Notes: generated by a model not told the origin, from the sequence alone. 64,000 bases of DNA from Candidatus Heimdallarchaeota archaeon (GCA_019058275.1 JAHLVW010000059.1:1-64000), one strand, 5' to 3'. Numbered from the stretch's first letter, positions 8,032 to 19,364 are shown. Translations and numbers: made by a program.

Positions 8032-9781
8032 ATAGCTAATTGTTTAACTATTTTTTTAAATTAAAAATTATTTTTTCTAGTATATAATTAATACTTTCGG
8101 TATACTCCTTAGAAAATAGCTATATATCTAGCTGTATATATATTTTGTTGAAGAAAAATGCCCCGAAAAGAGAACCTACTCATCAAAAGCTACCAATTCA
8201 AGTTGCCAAAAGACGAACGTTTGGTTGGTTTCCAAGAACTCACAATAACAGCAGCGAAAAAACTACTCGAAAAACTCTGGTCAAAAGAATGGCTCTTGAA
8301 ACTTGGAACGGGTGACCTCAAAGCCTACAAGATCATCAACGAAGTACAAGTAGAACTAGAAGGCATTTACTTCCCATCTAGAGTTTGAAGGGGAATAGCA
8401 GAATGGGCAGGACGAATAATTAGAGGGCAATACAAACGTTTCTGTTGCTTTAAAGACTGCCTTGAAATAATCAATTGGTTGGGTGAAACATCGAGTAAAG
8501 CAAAATTAGTAGCTGCAGTAATGAAACATTGCCGAGAGACAATAAAAACAAAGAAAGGCAAAAGGACCTATGCACGATACAAGAAAATCATGGTGGAGCA
8601 AACAATAACGATGATTACTAAATGGCTGAAGCAATTGCCTAATATCTTTGAGCTGTTCGCTTACACTGATTTCGTGAAACCAAAAATAAAACGATTCGCT
8701 TTTCCTTTTGGACCAGATGAGGGGAACGCAATACAATACTTCTCTAACAAGGAAAAAGTCCACATTAAAATGAAGCTACCAACTTGTACAAAGCCAAGAA
8801 GCAGAAAAGACTGGGAGTGGATAGAGCAAGAACTAACTACCCCAACAAAAATACGAGCAAAAATAGAGCTAGCTTTATCACTGCAACCTAAAAATCCGAC
8901 CCTGAGAAATCAAAAGCTCAAAGGAGGACTAACCCATTTCTTCCTCCAGTTTCCATGGGAATACCCAAAAACAAGAAAAAAAGAAGAGAATGGTCAAGTA
9001 TTAGCAGTTGACCTTGGCCTGAAAAAAGTCGCGACAATAGTTATATTCGAGAACGGCAAACAAATCTCACATCCGATCACAATCAAGCTCAAAGGCTCGC
9101 AGTATCGCCACGTCGAACGGATTTATAATCAAATCGTTGGTATTCAAAAGCAGCTTGCAAAAGAAAAGAAAGGTAAGCAAACAAAGAGGAGTAAGAATAA
9201 AAGAAGAGGAAAGAAGAAGGCTCTACCAAAAGAGAAATCGTCTGGGAGAGGAATTAGCACATAATTCGACAAGTATCTTGATACTGTTAGCTCTCGAGTG
9301 GTCTTGCTCGAAAATAGTCATAGAAGATCTTCGCTCGTTCAAACCACCAAGAGGTAGGAGAAGCTGGTCAAGAAGACTCTCACAATGGCTGAGAGGAAGA
9401 ATAGCATTCCTTCTAGAATACAAGTGCAAAGAAGCAGGACTAACGCTTTTAAAAGTCTGCCCATGGAATACTTCAAGTCATTGCCCACGCTGCACAGCAA
9501 AGGGAGTGAAAGTTAAGGGACCAAACAATTTGGTCGCTGATAAGAAAGGTCGCTGGTTCCACTGCCCAGAATGCGGTTTTACAGCAGATCGCGACTATAT
9601 CGCAGCTGTGAATATTTACCGAGCAAGCTTTATCGATTATAAAAAAATTAAATGTCTCAAAGACACCAGTCCCGTGCCCTATATGGACCCGGGAACCCTC
9701 TGCTCAACTGTTCCTAGCGGGGGACTAGAGATGAACCATAACGGACTCGTTATGGTAACTGGGAATAGATAAATATTTCAA
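8032..9781 (+). mobile_element. Non-autonomous tnpB-only (IS1341-like) element; boundaries tentative
   Basis: Visibly higher GC than flanks; perfect subterminal hairpin ACCATAACG-GACT-CGTTATGGT (9735-9756) followed by TTCAA (9777-81); TTGAA at 8027-31 as candidate left target motif; no tnpA. Confidence 0.5.
8158..9772 (+). pseudogene. tnpB: TnpB (IS200/IS605-family RNA-guided nuclease, long ~540-aa type), disrupted
   Basis: RuvC-I VLAVDLG, RuvC-II IVIEDL, Zn finger CPRC...CPEC, RuvC-III DRDYIAAVNI. In-frame TGA at 8386-8388 and a frameshift in the A-rich tract at ~9160-9190 join three track ORFs. Confidence 0.88.
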
Positions 9782-9806
9782 TGATTTTGTCCATAAAAGA
9801 AGGAAC

Positions 9807-9882
9807 GGTTCGCTCTAACCTTAAGCTTTACAGAGATAATGGATTCTCCATTCTATGATGTAAAATGAGTCAAGGGCGAACC
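9807..9882. repeat. ~76-nt imperfect palindrome / long hairpin
   Basis: GGTTCGCTCT(9807-16)/AGGGCGAACC(9873-82), inner TTTACA/TGTAAA, apical AATGGA-TTC-TCCATT. Confidence 0.6.
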
Positions 9883-9888
9883 TACAAT

Positions 9889-10608
9889 TTACACAAGTTC
9901 TTTTGCTTTTGAGATATTCATATCTATGATATCTTTTGCATTTGGATTGATCTCAAATCCAACATATTTTCTATTTAATTTAATGCATGCAACAGCGGTT
10001 GTGCCATTCCCCATAAAGGGATCGAGAACTAAATCATTTTCTTTACTTGAGTACTTTAGAAGTTTTTCAACTAATTCGTTTGGTAATTTAGTGGAGTTTT
10101 TCTTTTCACCTGGAAGGTATTCACGCTTGATTTCCCAAACATCTTCCGGATAATGATCAACCTTATTGAAGAAATATTTCTTTGGATTTTTCACTAAAAA
10201 CAAGATATGATAGTGACTCGTAACAAATTTCCTTTTTGTAAAAACACCAAATTGGTACTTCCATATGATATGATTTTGTGTTGTAAAACCAGCTTCATCT
10301 ATAGCAATCAAAATATCCTTCAAATTTGTCCAACCTGAGATAATGTAAGCACTACCTGTTTCTTTCAGTACAGGATAAATTGCTTTTATCCATCCTTTAG
10401 AGAATTCAAAGTAATCCTCTCGAGTTATTTCACTATAGCCCTTTACAACAAACTCACTTTTTCTGTTGTACTGGCTACCTTTACCATCAAAACTTATACC
10501 AAAAGGAGGATCAGCAATAATGAGGTCTATGGAATTCTCATCTATTCTTTTGGAGATATTTTCTATACAGTCCTCATAATAGATAACATCGAATACCATA
10601 AGCTTCAA
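9889..10608 (-). CDS. Orphan beta-class N4/N6 DNA methyltransferase
   Basis: IIADPPF (motif IV) near the N-terminus, VLDPFMGNGTT (motif I) near the C-terminus. Confidence 0.9.
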   Translation of the reverse strand: MKLMVFDVIYYEDCIENISKRIDENSIDLIIADPPFGISFDGKGSQYNRKSEFVVKGYSEITREDYFEFSKGWIKAIYPVLKETGSAYIISGWTNLKDILIAIDEAGFTTQNHIIWKYQFGVFTKRKFVTSHYHILFLVKNPKKYFFNKVDHYPEDVWEIKREYLPGEKKNSTKLPNELVEKLLKYSSKENDLVLDPFMGNGTTAVACIKLNRKYVGFEINPNAKDIIDMNISKAKELV

Positions 10609-10823
10609 ACCTAGTAAGATTGGATAGTTTTTCTTAAAATGGTTAATATTAAGGTGAGTACATAATACTTTCGATTATCTCTCTACTTGTAACTATTATT
10701 TTTGTTTAGAGAAGTTCTTCTCTTAATTGTCAGGTAAATATCAAATTAAAGATAAGACTTTAGTTAAGTCTATCAACAAACAGCTTAACTTCATGATAAA
10801 TTTGATTTATATAACATAACCTA

Positions 10824-10849
10824 AAATCATGAATTAAGTGTCATGATTT
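10824..10849. promoter_or_regulatory. Inverted-repeat operator candidate upstream of uvrA
   Basis: AAATCATGA-N8-TCATGATTT just downstream of TATA-like TTTATATA (10806-13). Confidence 0.45.
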
Positions 10850-10890
10850 AAATCACCTTGTTTAGAACCAAAAAACTTGTCGAGGATTAT

Positions 10891-13800
10891 ATGGTTTTGA
10901 CAACTGAGGAAATACAAGAACATATCATTATCAAGGGTGCTAGACAACATAATCTTAAGAATGTCAACCTAGATATACCAAGGAATAAACTTGTGGTCTT
11001 AACAGGTGTATCTGGTTCTGGAAAATCTTCACTAGCGTTTGATACTATTTTTGCAGAAGGACAAAGAAGGTATATTGAATCTTTATCAGCATATGCTAGA
11101 CAATTTATGGCTCAAATGAGTAAACCAGATATTGATTCTATTGAAGGTTTATCACCAGCAGTTTCTATAAGTCAGAAAACAACCAGCTATAATCCGAGAA
11201 GTACAGTCGGAACTGTAACAGAAATTTATGATTTTATGAGAGTGTTATTTGCCAGAATAGGTATTCCTCATTGTCCTAAATGTAACATTGAGATTAAGGC
11301 TCAAACTGTAACTAATATAGTTCAACAAGTTTTGAAAGATTATTCAGGTATGGAAATCATGGTTTTATCACCCATTGTAAGAGATCGAAAAGGTGAATAC
11401 CGTAAAGAGCTCAAAGGGTTGCTTGAATCGGGTTACTCTCGAGCAAGAATCGATTTTGAAATAAAACGCTTAGATGAGATGAAAAGTGAAGAAATGGTTC
11501 TTTCACGATATTTCCGCCATACAATAGAGGCTGTTATTGATAGAATTAGTGTTGATGTAGAAGAAGAAGATCGAATCGCTGAATCAATTGAAACCGCAGT
11601 GACTCTTTCAGATGGATTAGTTATAATAACAACCTTAGAAGCTTCTCAGATAAAGAGACGTCTTACACAAGAGAAGAAGAAAACTGATGATAAAAATGAA
11701 GAGGAGTTAGAGGGAAAAATACTTGAAGAACAAATTGGTGAAATGTTATTCTCTATTCATTTAGCATGTCCTAAATGTGGACTAAGTTTTCCAAAATTAG
11801 AACCAAGAAACTTCTCGTTTAACTCAATACATGGTGCTTGTCCTGATTGTAAAGGACTTGGAACAACTATTGAAGTTGATCCAGAAATTCTAGTTGTAAG
11901 CAAGGAATTATCATTAGCTAATGGAGCGTTAGCAGATTATGATCCTAATACGAAACGATTTAGACTAGCAAATATGAGAATCAATAGGATTAAAGCTATA
12001 GCTGAGAAACTAGAATTTTCAATTGATACTCCTCTTAAAGAACTAACAGATCAACAATGGAATGATTTCTTTTATGGTCCGAAGAAACCAATAATGGTTA
12101 ATTATGAGTTCTCATGGTCGGATAAACGAGGGGGGAGAGGGAAAGGAACTGCAAAGCTAAAATTCTCAGGTTTAGGACCAATAATAATGAATCGTTTTAG
12201 GCGTACAAGCTCGCAATATATTCGAGATTTTATTCAGGAATTTAGCTCCCCTGTGAAATGTTCCAAATGTAATGGTTCAGGTTTAAAGGTTGAAAGTCGA
12301 TCAGTAGTTTTCAAAGGAAAAACTATTGCAGATTTAGCTGGTATGTCAATTACTGATTGCATAGATTTTGTAAATTCAATAAAGCTGTTTAAGAATGAGA
12401 AAAAGATTGCTGAAAATTTACTCAAAGAAATAACAATGAGACTAGAATTTCTCATCAATGTAGGATTACCTTATTTAACTTTAAGCAGAAGAGCAAACTC
12501 CTTATCAGGTGGCGAAAGTCAAAGAATAAGATTAGGGACACAAATTGGATCCAGTCTTGAAAACGTACTATATATTTTAGATGAACCAAGTATTGGATTA
12601 CACAACCGAGATAACTTGAAGCTCATAAAAACCCTTGAGAGCTTGAGAGATAAGGGAAATACTGTACTTGTTTCAGAGCATGATATTGATACAATGCTAG
12701 CTGCAGATTGGTTAATTGATATAGGACCAAAAGCAGGTAACTTTGGTGGAGAAATATTAACTGAAGGACCTCCAGAAATAATCGCTAAGCATAAGAAATC
12801 CATTACAGGGAAATATCTTTCAGGTAAAGCTAAAATTAAAACTCCAAGGAAAAGGAGAATTGGTAATGGCAAGATACTGAAAGTTTTAGGTGCTGCTGAA
12901 AACAACTTGAAAGCTATTGATGTGGAGTTTCCATTAGGACTTTTCATATGTGTTACAGGAGTAAGTGGTTCCGGTAAAAGCTCACTTGTTAGCGATGTAA
13001 TGTGGAAGACCCTTGCCAGAACCCTAAATAGAGCAAAAACTAAGCCTGGAAAACATGTGGGGATGGAAGGCACAGAGCATCTTGATAAGGTAATTGAAAT
13101 AGATCAATCACCAATAGGTTACACTCCAAGATCAGTTCCTGCGACATACACTAAAGTGTTAGATCATATAAGAGATTTTTATTCTGCATTACCCATATCC
13201 AAGGCAAGAGGGTTCAAGAAAGGTAGATTCTCTTTCAATACAAAATTAGGCAGATGTTCTGCTTGTAATGGTTTAGGATATAATAGAATAGAGATGCAAT
13301 TTTTACCTAATATCGAAGTTGAGTGTGAAATTTGTTTAGGGAAAAGATATAGTGCGGAAACTCTTGAGATTAAATATCACGATAAGAGCATTCACCAAGT
13401 ATTGGATATGACTGTTAATAATGCACTCGAATTCTTTAAGGATCATCCAAAAATCTCTACCATCCTAAAAACTATGCAAGAAGTTGGTCTAGGATATATT
13501 AAATTGGGGCAGTCCTCAACTACTTTATCAGGTGGTGAGGCACAACGAATTAAGATTTCTCGAGAGTTAAGTAAGAAAGCCACAGGAAAGACACTTTACA
13601 TTCTTGAAGAACCAACCGTAGGTTTACATTCATATGATGTGAATAATTTATTGGCTGTTCTGAATCGATTAGTAGATGCAGGAAATACAGTTGTTGTTGT
13701 TGAGCATAATTTAGATGTAATAAAGTGTGCAGATTGGATCATTGATCTTGGACCTGAGGGAGGAGAAGCAGGAGGGCAAGTAATAGCAACTGGCACACCA

Positions 13801-16779
13801 GAGAATTTAGTAAAGAATGATAACTCATACACGGGTATTGCTTTAAGAAAAGCCCTTACAGACAAATTAATTGTTGACCCAAGCACCATATCTTCGCGTG
13901 AAAAATCATTTGATAGTGTAAAGTCAAGAAACTCTATTAGTATAACTGGGGCAAGAAAGAACAACCTGAAAAATATCAATCTAAGTATACCTAAAAATAA
14001 GCTAATAGTTATAACAGGAATAAGTGGATCTGGTAAATCCTCACTAGCTCTTGATACCCTCTTTGCTGAAGGACAAAGAAGATTTATTGAATCATTATCA
14101 ACTTATGCTAGACAATTTCTAGGTACAATGGATACTACAAGTGTTGACAAGATTGAAGGATTGTCTCCAGCAATTGCTATAGGCCAGAAATCTGCAGGTA
14201 GAAACCCAAGATCAACTGTAGGTACAGTTACTGAAATTAATGATTATTTGAGATTATTATTTGCAACTGTTGGAATCGCTTATTGTCCAATTTGCAACAA
14301 GGACATAAGTCCTTTGACTTTACAAGAAATGGTAAAAAGAACTCTAAGCCTAGGTGAAGGAACTCGAATTAAGATTATTGCTCCATTGGTAAAGGAATCC
14401 CAAGGAAATTTCAAACCACTAATTAAGGAACTGATTAAGGAAGGTTTTACCCGAGTAATAATTGACAATAAGGATGAAGTTCTATTAGAAGAAATAACAT
14501 TTACAGGTAAAGGAAAAGCTGTTCTAGTTAAAGATAAACTAAATACAATAGAACTTGTTGTAGATCGTTTAGTGGTTGATAAAGATGATATTGGTCAATT
14601 ATATGATTCAATTGAGATTGCTTTGCATAAAGGTGAGGGAGTAGTTAGAATAAGTGCAAATGGAGATACTTTGTCCTTCAGTACAAGAAGAAAGTGTTTT
14701 GACTGTGGAGTAGAATTACCTGAAAAATTCACTCCAAAGATGTTTTCATTTAACACTCATGTAGGAGCATGTGACAAATGTTCAGGGTTAGGAGTGATCA
14801 AGTCAATAGATCCAAAATTATTCATAGCAGATACTAGCAAATCCATCAGGCAAGGAGCTATTGGACCAATTACTAAGAACAAAGTTGAAAGCAATTGGAT
14901 GGTATCATTGATTAAAAGTTTGGGAGATGCTTTTGGATTTACACTAGATACACCAATAAAGGACTTAACTGAGGAACAATATCAAATTCTATTTTACGGT
15001 TCAGATAAGAAATTCAAGCAAGTAAGAGATGTTAAGAGAAGAAATTATGCTTATACCTATGAGAGAGAAAGAGAGTTTCGAGGATTAATACCCATTTATG
15101 AAGGATGGTTATCTAAAACAACATCCTATTGGTGGCTTAATTGGATGGAAAAATTCGTCCGAGTTCAAGAATGTTCTAGTTGCCATGGTACAAGGTTAAA
15201 GCCAGAGTTACTAGCAATTCGTGTAGGTGGCTTAAACATTGATGAAATGACAAAGTGCTCTATCGCTGAAGCTTACAATTTCTTCGGTAATCTATCTTTT
15301 GGAGGAGCGGATCAGATTATAGCTGAAGGATTAATTGAGGAAGTACTAGATAGACTCAAGTTTCTTATTGATGTTGGACTTGATTATCTCACATTGAATA
15401 GGGAAGCTCGTACTCTCGCTGGTGGAGAAGCCCAAAGAATTAGATTAGCAAATCAGATTGGGAATAAACTCGTTGGTGTGTTATATGTTTTGGATGAACC
15501 AAGTATAGGATTACATCCAAGAGATAATCAAAGATTGATTAATACTCTAACTGAGTTGCGAGATTTAGGAAACTCTGTTATTGTAATTGAACATGACGAA
15601 GCAACAATTAGAAGTGCAGACCATATAATAGATTTAGGACCAGGTGCTGGAGTAAATGGAGGAAACATTGTTGCTCAAGGTACAATAGAAGAAATTATGG
15701 GAAGTACAAATTCAATAACTGGAAAATATCTTAGTGGAAAGGAAAACATACCAATTCCTAAGAAAAGAAGAAAAGGTCAAGAATTTTTAACTATAAAAGG
15801 AGTTAGACAAAATAACCTTAGAAGTATAACAGCAAAATTCCCACTTGGTGTCTTTAATTGTGTTACTGGTGTAAGTGGTTCTGGTAAAAGTTCACTGGTA
15901 ATAGAAACATTGTATCGTGCTTTAGCAAAAACCTATCATAGATCAAAAGCAGAAGTAGGAAAATATGATTCAATAGATGGTTTGGAAAGTCTTGACAAAG
16001 TTATTATGATTAATCAGAATCCAATTGGTCGAACACCAAGATCTAATCCAGCGACCTATACTGGTTTGTTTGATCATATAAGAGACCTATTTGCTAAACT
16101 ACCTGAAGCAAAGATGAGGGGGTTCACAAATTCACGCTTTTCATATAATAGCTCTCGAGGGAGATGCCAAATTTGTCATGGCCGTGGAACAAAAGAGATA
16201 GAGATGCTGTTCTTAAGCAATGTTGAGATTATTTGTGAAGAATGTTATGGAAGAAGATACAATCGAGAAACACTTCGAGTGAAATTTAAAGGGAAAAGCA
16301 TTGCAGATGTTCTAGAGATGACAATTGAGGATGCAATGCCATTCTTTGAAAACCAACCAAAGATTCTCAAGATTTTAGAAGTGATGGATGAAGTAGGACT
16401 TGGATATTTACAACTCGGACAATCAGCAACGACATTATCAGGAGGAGAGGCTCAAAGAGTTAAGTTAGCCTCTGAGTTATGCCGACCTCAAACAAAGAAA
16501 ACTTTGTATATTTTAGATGAACCAACTGTAGGTTTATCAGCATATGATGTCCACAAATTATTGAACATTTTGAATAAATTAGTCAATGTTGGTAACACAG
16601 TAATAATTATTGAACACAACCTTGATGTAGTGAAAAGTGCAGATTGGATCATTGATCTTGGACCTGAGGGAGGAGACAAGGGTGGACAAGTTGTTGCTAC
16701 TGGAACACCTGAACAGATAAAAAGTAATGCAAAATCAATAACAGGGCAATATCTAAATGATTATTTGCAACTAAAATAG
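10891..16779 (+). CDS. uvrA: Double-length (tandem-fused) excinuclease ABC subunit UvrA
   Basis: Two complete UvrA units: four G(V/I)SGSGKSSL Walker A motifs, four L(S/A)GGExQR signatures, CxxC Zn modules. ATG 10891 has a GAGGA SD (track start 10858). Confidence 0.95.
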   Translation: MVLTTEEIQEHIIIKGARQHNLKNVNLDIPRNKLVVLTGVSGSGKSSLAFDTIFAEGQRRYIESLSAYARQFMAQMSKPDIDSIEGLSPAVSISQKTTSYNPRSTVGTVTEIYDFMRVLFARIGIPHCPKCNIEIKAQTVTNIVQQVLKDYSGMEIMVLSPIVRDRKGEYRKELKGLLESGYSRARIDFEIKRLDEMKSEEMVLSRYFRHTIEAVIDRISVDVEEEDRIAESIETAVTLSDGLVIITTLEASQIKRRLTQEKKKTDDKNEEELEGKILEEQIGEMLFSIHLACPKCGLSFPKLEPRNFSFNSIHGACPDCKGLGTTIEVDPEILVVSKELSLANGALADYDPNTKRFRLANMRINRIKAIAEKLEFSIDTPLKELTDQQWNDFFYGPKKPIMVNYEFSWSDKRGGRGKGTAKLKFSGLGPIIMNRFRRTSSQYIRDFIQEFSSPVKCSKCNGSGLKVESRSVVFKGKTIADLAGMSITDCIDFVNSIKLFKNEKKIAENLLKEITMRLEFLINVGLPYLTLSRRANSLSGGESQRIRLGTQIGSSLENVLYILDEPSIGLHNRDNLKLIKTLESLRDKGNTVLVSEHDIDTMLAADWLIDIGPKAGNFGGEILTEGPPEIIAKHKKSITGKYLSGKAKIKTPRKRRIGNGKILKVLGAAENNLKAIDVEFPLGLFICVTGVSGSGKSSLVSDVMWKTLARTLNRAKTKPGKHVGMEGTEHLDKVIEIDQSPIGYTPRSVPATYTKVLDHIRDFYSALPISKARGFKKGRFSFNTKLGRCSACNGLGYNRIEMQFLPNIEVECEICLGKRYSAETLEIKYHDKSIHQVLDMTVNNALEFFKDHPKISTILKTMQEVGLGYIKLGQSSTTLSGGEAQRIKISRELSKKATGKTLYILEEPTVGLHSYDVNNLLAVLNRLVDAGNTVVVVEHNLDVIKCADWIIDLGPEGGEAGGQVIATGTPENLVKNDNSYTGIALRKALTDKLIVDPSTISSREKSFDSVKSRNSISITGARKNNLKNINLSIPKNKLIVITGISGSGKSSLALDTLFAEGQRRFIESLSTYARQFLGTMDTTSVDKIEGLSPAIAIGQKSAGRNPRSTVGTVTEINDYLRLLFATVGIAYCPICNKDISPLTLQEMVKRTLSLGEGTRIKIIAPLVKESQGNFKPLIKELIKEGFTRVIIDNKDEVLLEEITFTGKGKAVLVKDKLNTIELVVDRLVVDKDDIGQLYDSIEIALHKGEGVVRISANGDTLSFSTRRKCFDCGVELPEKFTPKMFSFNTHVGACDKCSGLGVIKSIDPKLFIADTSKSIRQGAIGPITKNKVESNWMVSLIKSLGDAFGFTLDTPIKDLTEEQYQILFYGSDKKFKQVRDVKRRNYAYTYEREREFRGLIPIYEGWLSKTTSYWWLNWMEKFVRVQECSSCHGTRLKPELLAIRVGGLNIDEMTKCSIAEAYNFFGNLSFGGADQIIAEGLIEEVLDRLKFLIDVGLDYLTLNREARTLAGGEAQRIRLANQIGNKLVGVLYVLDEPSIGLHPRDNQRLINTLTELRDLGNSVIVIEHDEATIRSADHIIDLGPGAGVNGGNIVAQGTIEEIMGSTNSITGKYLSGKENIPIPKKRRKGQEFLTIKGVRQNNLRSITAKFPLGVFNCVTGVSGSGKSSLVIETLYRALAKTYHRSKAEVGKYDSIDGLESLDKVIMINQNPIGRTPRSNPATYTGLFDHIRDLFAKLPEAKMRGFTNSRFSYNSSRGRCQICHGRGTKEIEMLFLSNVEIICEECYGRRYNRETLRVKFKGKSIADVLEMTIEDAMPFFENQPKILKILEVMDEVGLGYLQLGQSATTLSGGEAQRVKLASELCRPQTKKTLYILDEPTVGLSAYDVHKLLNILNKLVNVGNTVIIIEHNLDVVKSADWIIDLGPEGGDKGGQVVATGTPEQIKSNAKSITGQYLNDYLQLK

Positions 16780-16892
16780 AACCTAATTTTGGATTAGTTT
16801 CAATTATCTCTCGAGTTTAGTTATTTATATAGAAAATCCCAAAGTGTAAGTACAGATGAAATACCTTCGCGGTTTATTGCTGAGGGATTAAA

Positions 16893-17129
16893 ATAAATCA
16901 AATTGAATCTAAAAAAGAAAAGAAACAAATTAAGGTAATCAATACGGAAGAAGAATACTCCTTTATATCAGATTCAGAGGAAGTTAGGTGCCCTCAATGC
17001 GGAAGCGATAAAGTTTTTGGTATGAGTCGCGTCGTCGGTTATTTTAGTGTTATTGAAAATTGGAATAGTTCTAAAAAAGCCGAGTTAAAAAGAAGACAAA
17101 AAGGTAATTACTGGCACAACGAGGATTAA
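16893..17129 (+). CDS. Small stand-alone NrdD C-terminal-like protein (CxxC plus glycyl-radical loop)
   Basis: Not in the track. Frame open 16884-17129: ...EVRCPQCGSDKVFGMSRVVGYFSVIENWNSSKKAELKRRQKGNYWHNED*. Start probably non-canonical ATA/ATT after GAGGG. Confidence 0.75.
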   Translation: MNQIESKKEKKQIKVINTEEEYSFISDSEEVRCPQCGSDKVFGMSRVVGYFSVIENWNSSKKAELKRRQKGNYWHNED

Positions 17130-18751
17130 ACTCGTCGCAATATTTTACCAGGTAAAATACCTTTGTGCTTACCTTGTTCTATAACAAGCTCACCATTTAC
17201 TATGACATATTCTATACCTTCTGGTAATTGAACTGGATCAGTAAACGTTCCTTTATCGATTACTCTATTTGGATCGAAAATGACAATATCTGCACACATA
17301 CCCGTTTTGAGAAGGCCTCGGTCAGTTAAACCTAATCTTTGAGCTGGGAACGAGGTCATTTTACGTATTGCTGTTTCTAATGGCATTATTTTTTTCTCTC
17401 TTACATATCGACCTAGAATACGCGGAAATGTACCAAAATAACGTGGATGAGGTTTACCATAACTTAATGGCCCAGTAAGAGGGATTGCTGCACCATCACA
17501 CCCAAATATTGTATATCTACCGTTCATTATTCTTTCAATATCTTCTTCGTCCATACTTTCAACTGTCATCCCACCTTTTGCTTCCTCATCTATCAGTATT
17601 TCACAAAGAACTTCAAACGCATCATCTTCACCTTTATCTTGAGCAATTTCTGCTATTGATTTACCCATATATTTAGACCATTTTTCGGTTTCTAACGAAG
17701 AGATGTAAACACATTCCCATCCAATGTTCTTTACAAAACTCTCAAAATTAATTCCTTCATAGAGATCTTTCTTGATTTTTTCCTTAATCTTTGGATCTTT
17801 TAGTCGTTCAATTAATTTCTCCGGACCGCCTTCATGAGTCCAAGGAGGGAGAAGAGTGATTAACGAAGTGGCACCTCGATTATAGGGATATTGATCACAA
17901 GTTATACTTATTCCCCGTTCATTTGTTTCTTCTATAAGCTGAAGCGTTTCTTTGCTTAATCCCCAGCTCGCTTTCCCGGAAACCTTGTGATGGGCAATTT
18001 GTCCTCCTTTGCAACCCGATTTTTCAACGATATCAATTACCTCTTGAATAGCTTCTAGAACTAATTCTCCTTCATTCCTTATGTGACTGAAATATAATCC
18101 ATCATATTTAGCAACTTCTTTTGTTATCTCGAGAACTTCATTAGTTTCAGCATAAGCTTGTGGTGTGTATATCAAACCAGTAGAAATTCCAAAAGCTCCT
18201 GCTTCCATAGCATTACGAATATAGCTTTTCATTTGCTGTAATTCTTCTTTTGTAGGAGGACGGTTTTCATAACCCATTGCTGCCAACCTTACCATTCCAA
18301 AACCTATGAAATGTGCTACATTAGAAGAACAGCTCATTTTTTCCACTTCATCAAGATATTCACTAAATGAGGACCAAGTAACATTAAACTCTAATCCAGG
18401 AGGAGATGCCATCGAAAATTCCTTGTCAAATAACTCTTTCTTCTTAGGATTAACGGGTGCTAATGATGCTCCACACATTCCAACAACCAATGTTGTAATG
18501 CCTTGATGAATTGTAGATACAACATTAGAGTCAAAAGGAATAGTGTAATCTGCATGCGAATGGATATCAATAAACCCGGGACTAACAACCAAACCTTTTG
18601 AATCAATAATCTTAGAGGTTTCTGTTTTCTTAGCATCAATAAATCCTATAAAAAAAATCTTACCTTTTGATATCCCAATATCAGCATTAAACCAAGGATT
18701 ACCTGTACCATCAATTACTTTTCCATTTTTTATTACTAAATCAAATTCCAT
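17126..18751 (-). CDS. N-acyl-D-amino-acid deacylase (D-aminoacylase)
   Basis: PGFIDIHSH, GMCG, SHIRNE, HPRYFGTFPR amidohydrolase motifs. Confidence 0.92.
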   Translation of the reverse strand: MEFDLVIKNGKVIDGTGNPWFNADIGISKGKIFFIGFIDAKKTETSKIIDSKGLVVSPGFIDIHSHADYTIPFDSNVVSTIHQGITTLVVGMCGASLAPVNPKKKELFDKEFSMASPPGLEFNVTWSSFSEYLDEVEKMSCSSNVAHFIGFGMVRLAAMGYENRPPTKEELQQMKSYIRNAMEAGAFGISTGLIYTPQAYAETNEVLEITKEVAKYDGLYFSHIRNEGELVLEAIQEVIDIVEKSGCKGGQIAHHKVSGKASWGLSKETLQLIEETNERGISITCDQYPYNRGATSLITLLPPWTHEGGPEKLIERLKDPKIKEKIKKDLYEGINFESFVKNIGWECVYISSLETEKWSKYMGKSIAEIAQDKGEDDAFEVLCEILIDEEAKGGMTVESMDEEDIERIMNGRYTIFGCDGAAIPLTGPLSYGKPHPRYFGTFPRILGRYVREKKIMPLETAIRKMTSFPAQRLGLTDRGLLKTGMCADIVIFDPNRVIDKGTFTDPVQLPEGIEYVIVNGELVIEQGKHKGILPGKILRRV

Positions 18752-18773
18752 TGTTTTTTCCTCTCATTAACAA

Positions 18774-19316
18774 TTATTTTAATCCATAGTAAGTGAACAT
18801 ATTTACATTAGCTTTTGCAACCCTCAAATATGACCATAGAATACCCTTATGCAAGGCAATATGTGCCACAAGTTTCGGTAAAAAGTGAGTCCAAGAACGC
18901 GATTCTGAATCGGGTTCATAAAATGGTTTTAATGATTTCTTTTGTAGTTCTTCATCAGCCATTTTGGCAAAGTAATTTCTTAAGTAAGCGCAACTTTCAT
19001 CGAAAACTTTCAAAGCATCATCTATTGTTGGTTGGTTCAATTCAACTTCAAGTTTGTGAGTATCTTCACCAGAAGCGAATTTACCTGAATAAATATCCAC
19101 ATCTATTCTTGGAATTTGTGCTATATGGTTAACTAAATCAAGAATAGGTCTGCTGTCTTTGGTCAAACAAAAATCTGAAGGGATTTCTTTTGTTTTTTCA
19201 ATAACAACTTTTACTTCTCTAATTTCATCTTCGAAGAAATCTAATAATACATTCTTTATAGGAGTCATAATGAAAAATTGTTTTTTGAGAATAAAATTAT
19301 TTCGAGTATTGTTCAA
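18774..19316 (-). CDS. DinB/YfiT-like protein (start probably ATG 19268)
   Basis: LVNHIA...AHIALHKG His pattern. Confidence 0.75.
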   Translation of the reverse strand: MNNTRNNFILKKQFFIMTPIKNVLLDFFEDEIREVKVVIEKTKEIPSDFCLTKDSRPILDLVNHIAQIPRIDVDIYSGKFASGEDTHKLEVELNQPTIDDALKVFDESCAYLRNYFAKMADEELQKKSLKPFYEPDSESRSWTHFLPKLVAHIALHKGILWSYLRVAKANVNMFTYYGLK

Positions 19317-19364
19317 TATTACAAATATTTTAAAAGTTTAAAGAATTAACTGTATGTTAAGCGA

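Noticed and set aside
5853-8157. CRISPR array associated with the Cas1-like gene or TnpB
   Set aside because: No direct repeats with regular spacers. ATTTCAAT (7994-8001) and ATTGAAAT (8026-33) resemble repeat ends but are inverted and single.
9807-9882. Integron attC site or tRNA fragment
   Set aside because: RYYYAAC/GTTRRRY boxes do not match cleanly or form the outer arm; no integrase in the window; no cloverleaf.
6357-10608. Restriction-modification pair (MTase plus LAGLIDADG)
   Set aside because: LAGLIDADG enzymes recognise long sites and are not typical R-M partners; no PD-(D/E)xK or HNH gene is adjacent.
12234-16679. Antisense ORFs inside uvrA (and similar shadows in cdc48, hutU, aCPSF1 and ABC genes)
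   Set aside because: Mirror frames of well-supported genes with no motifs of their own.
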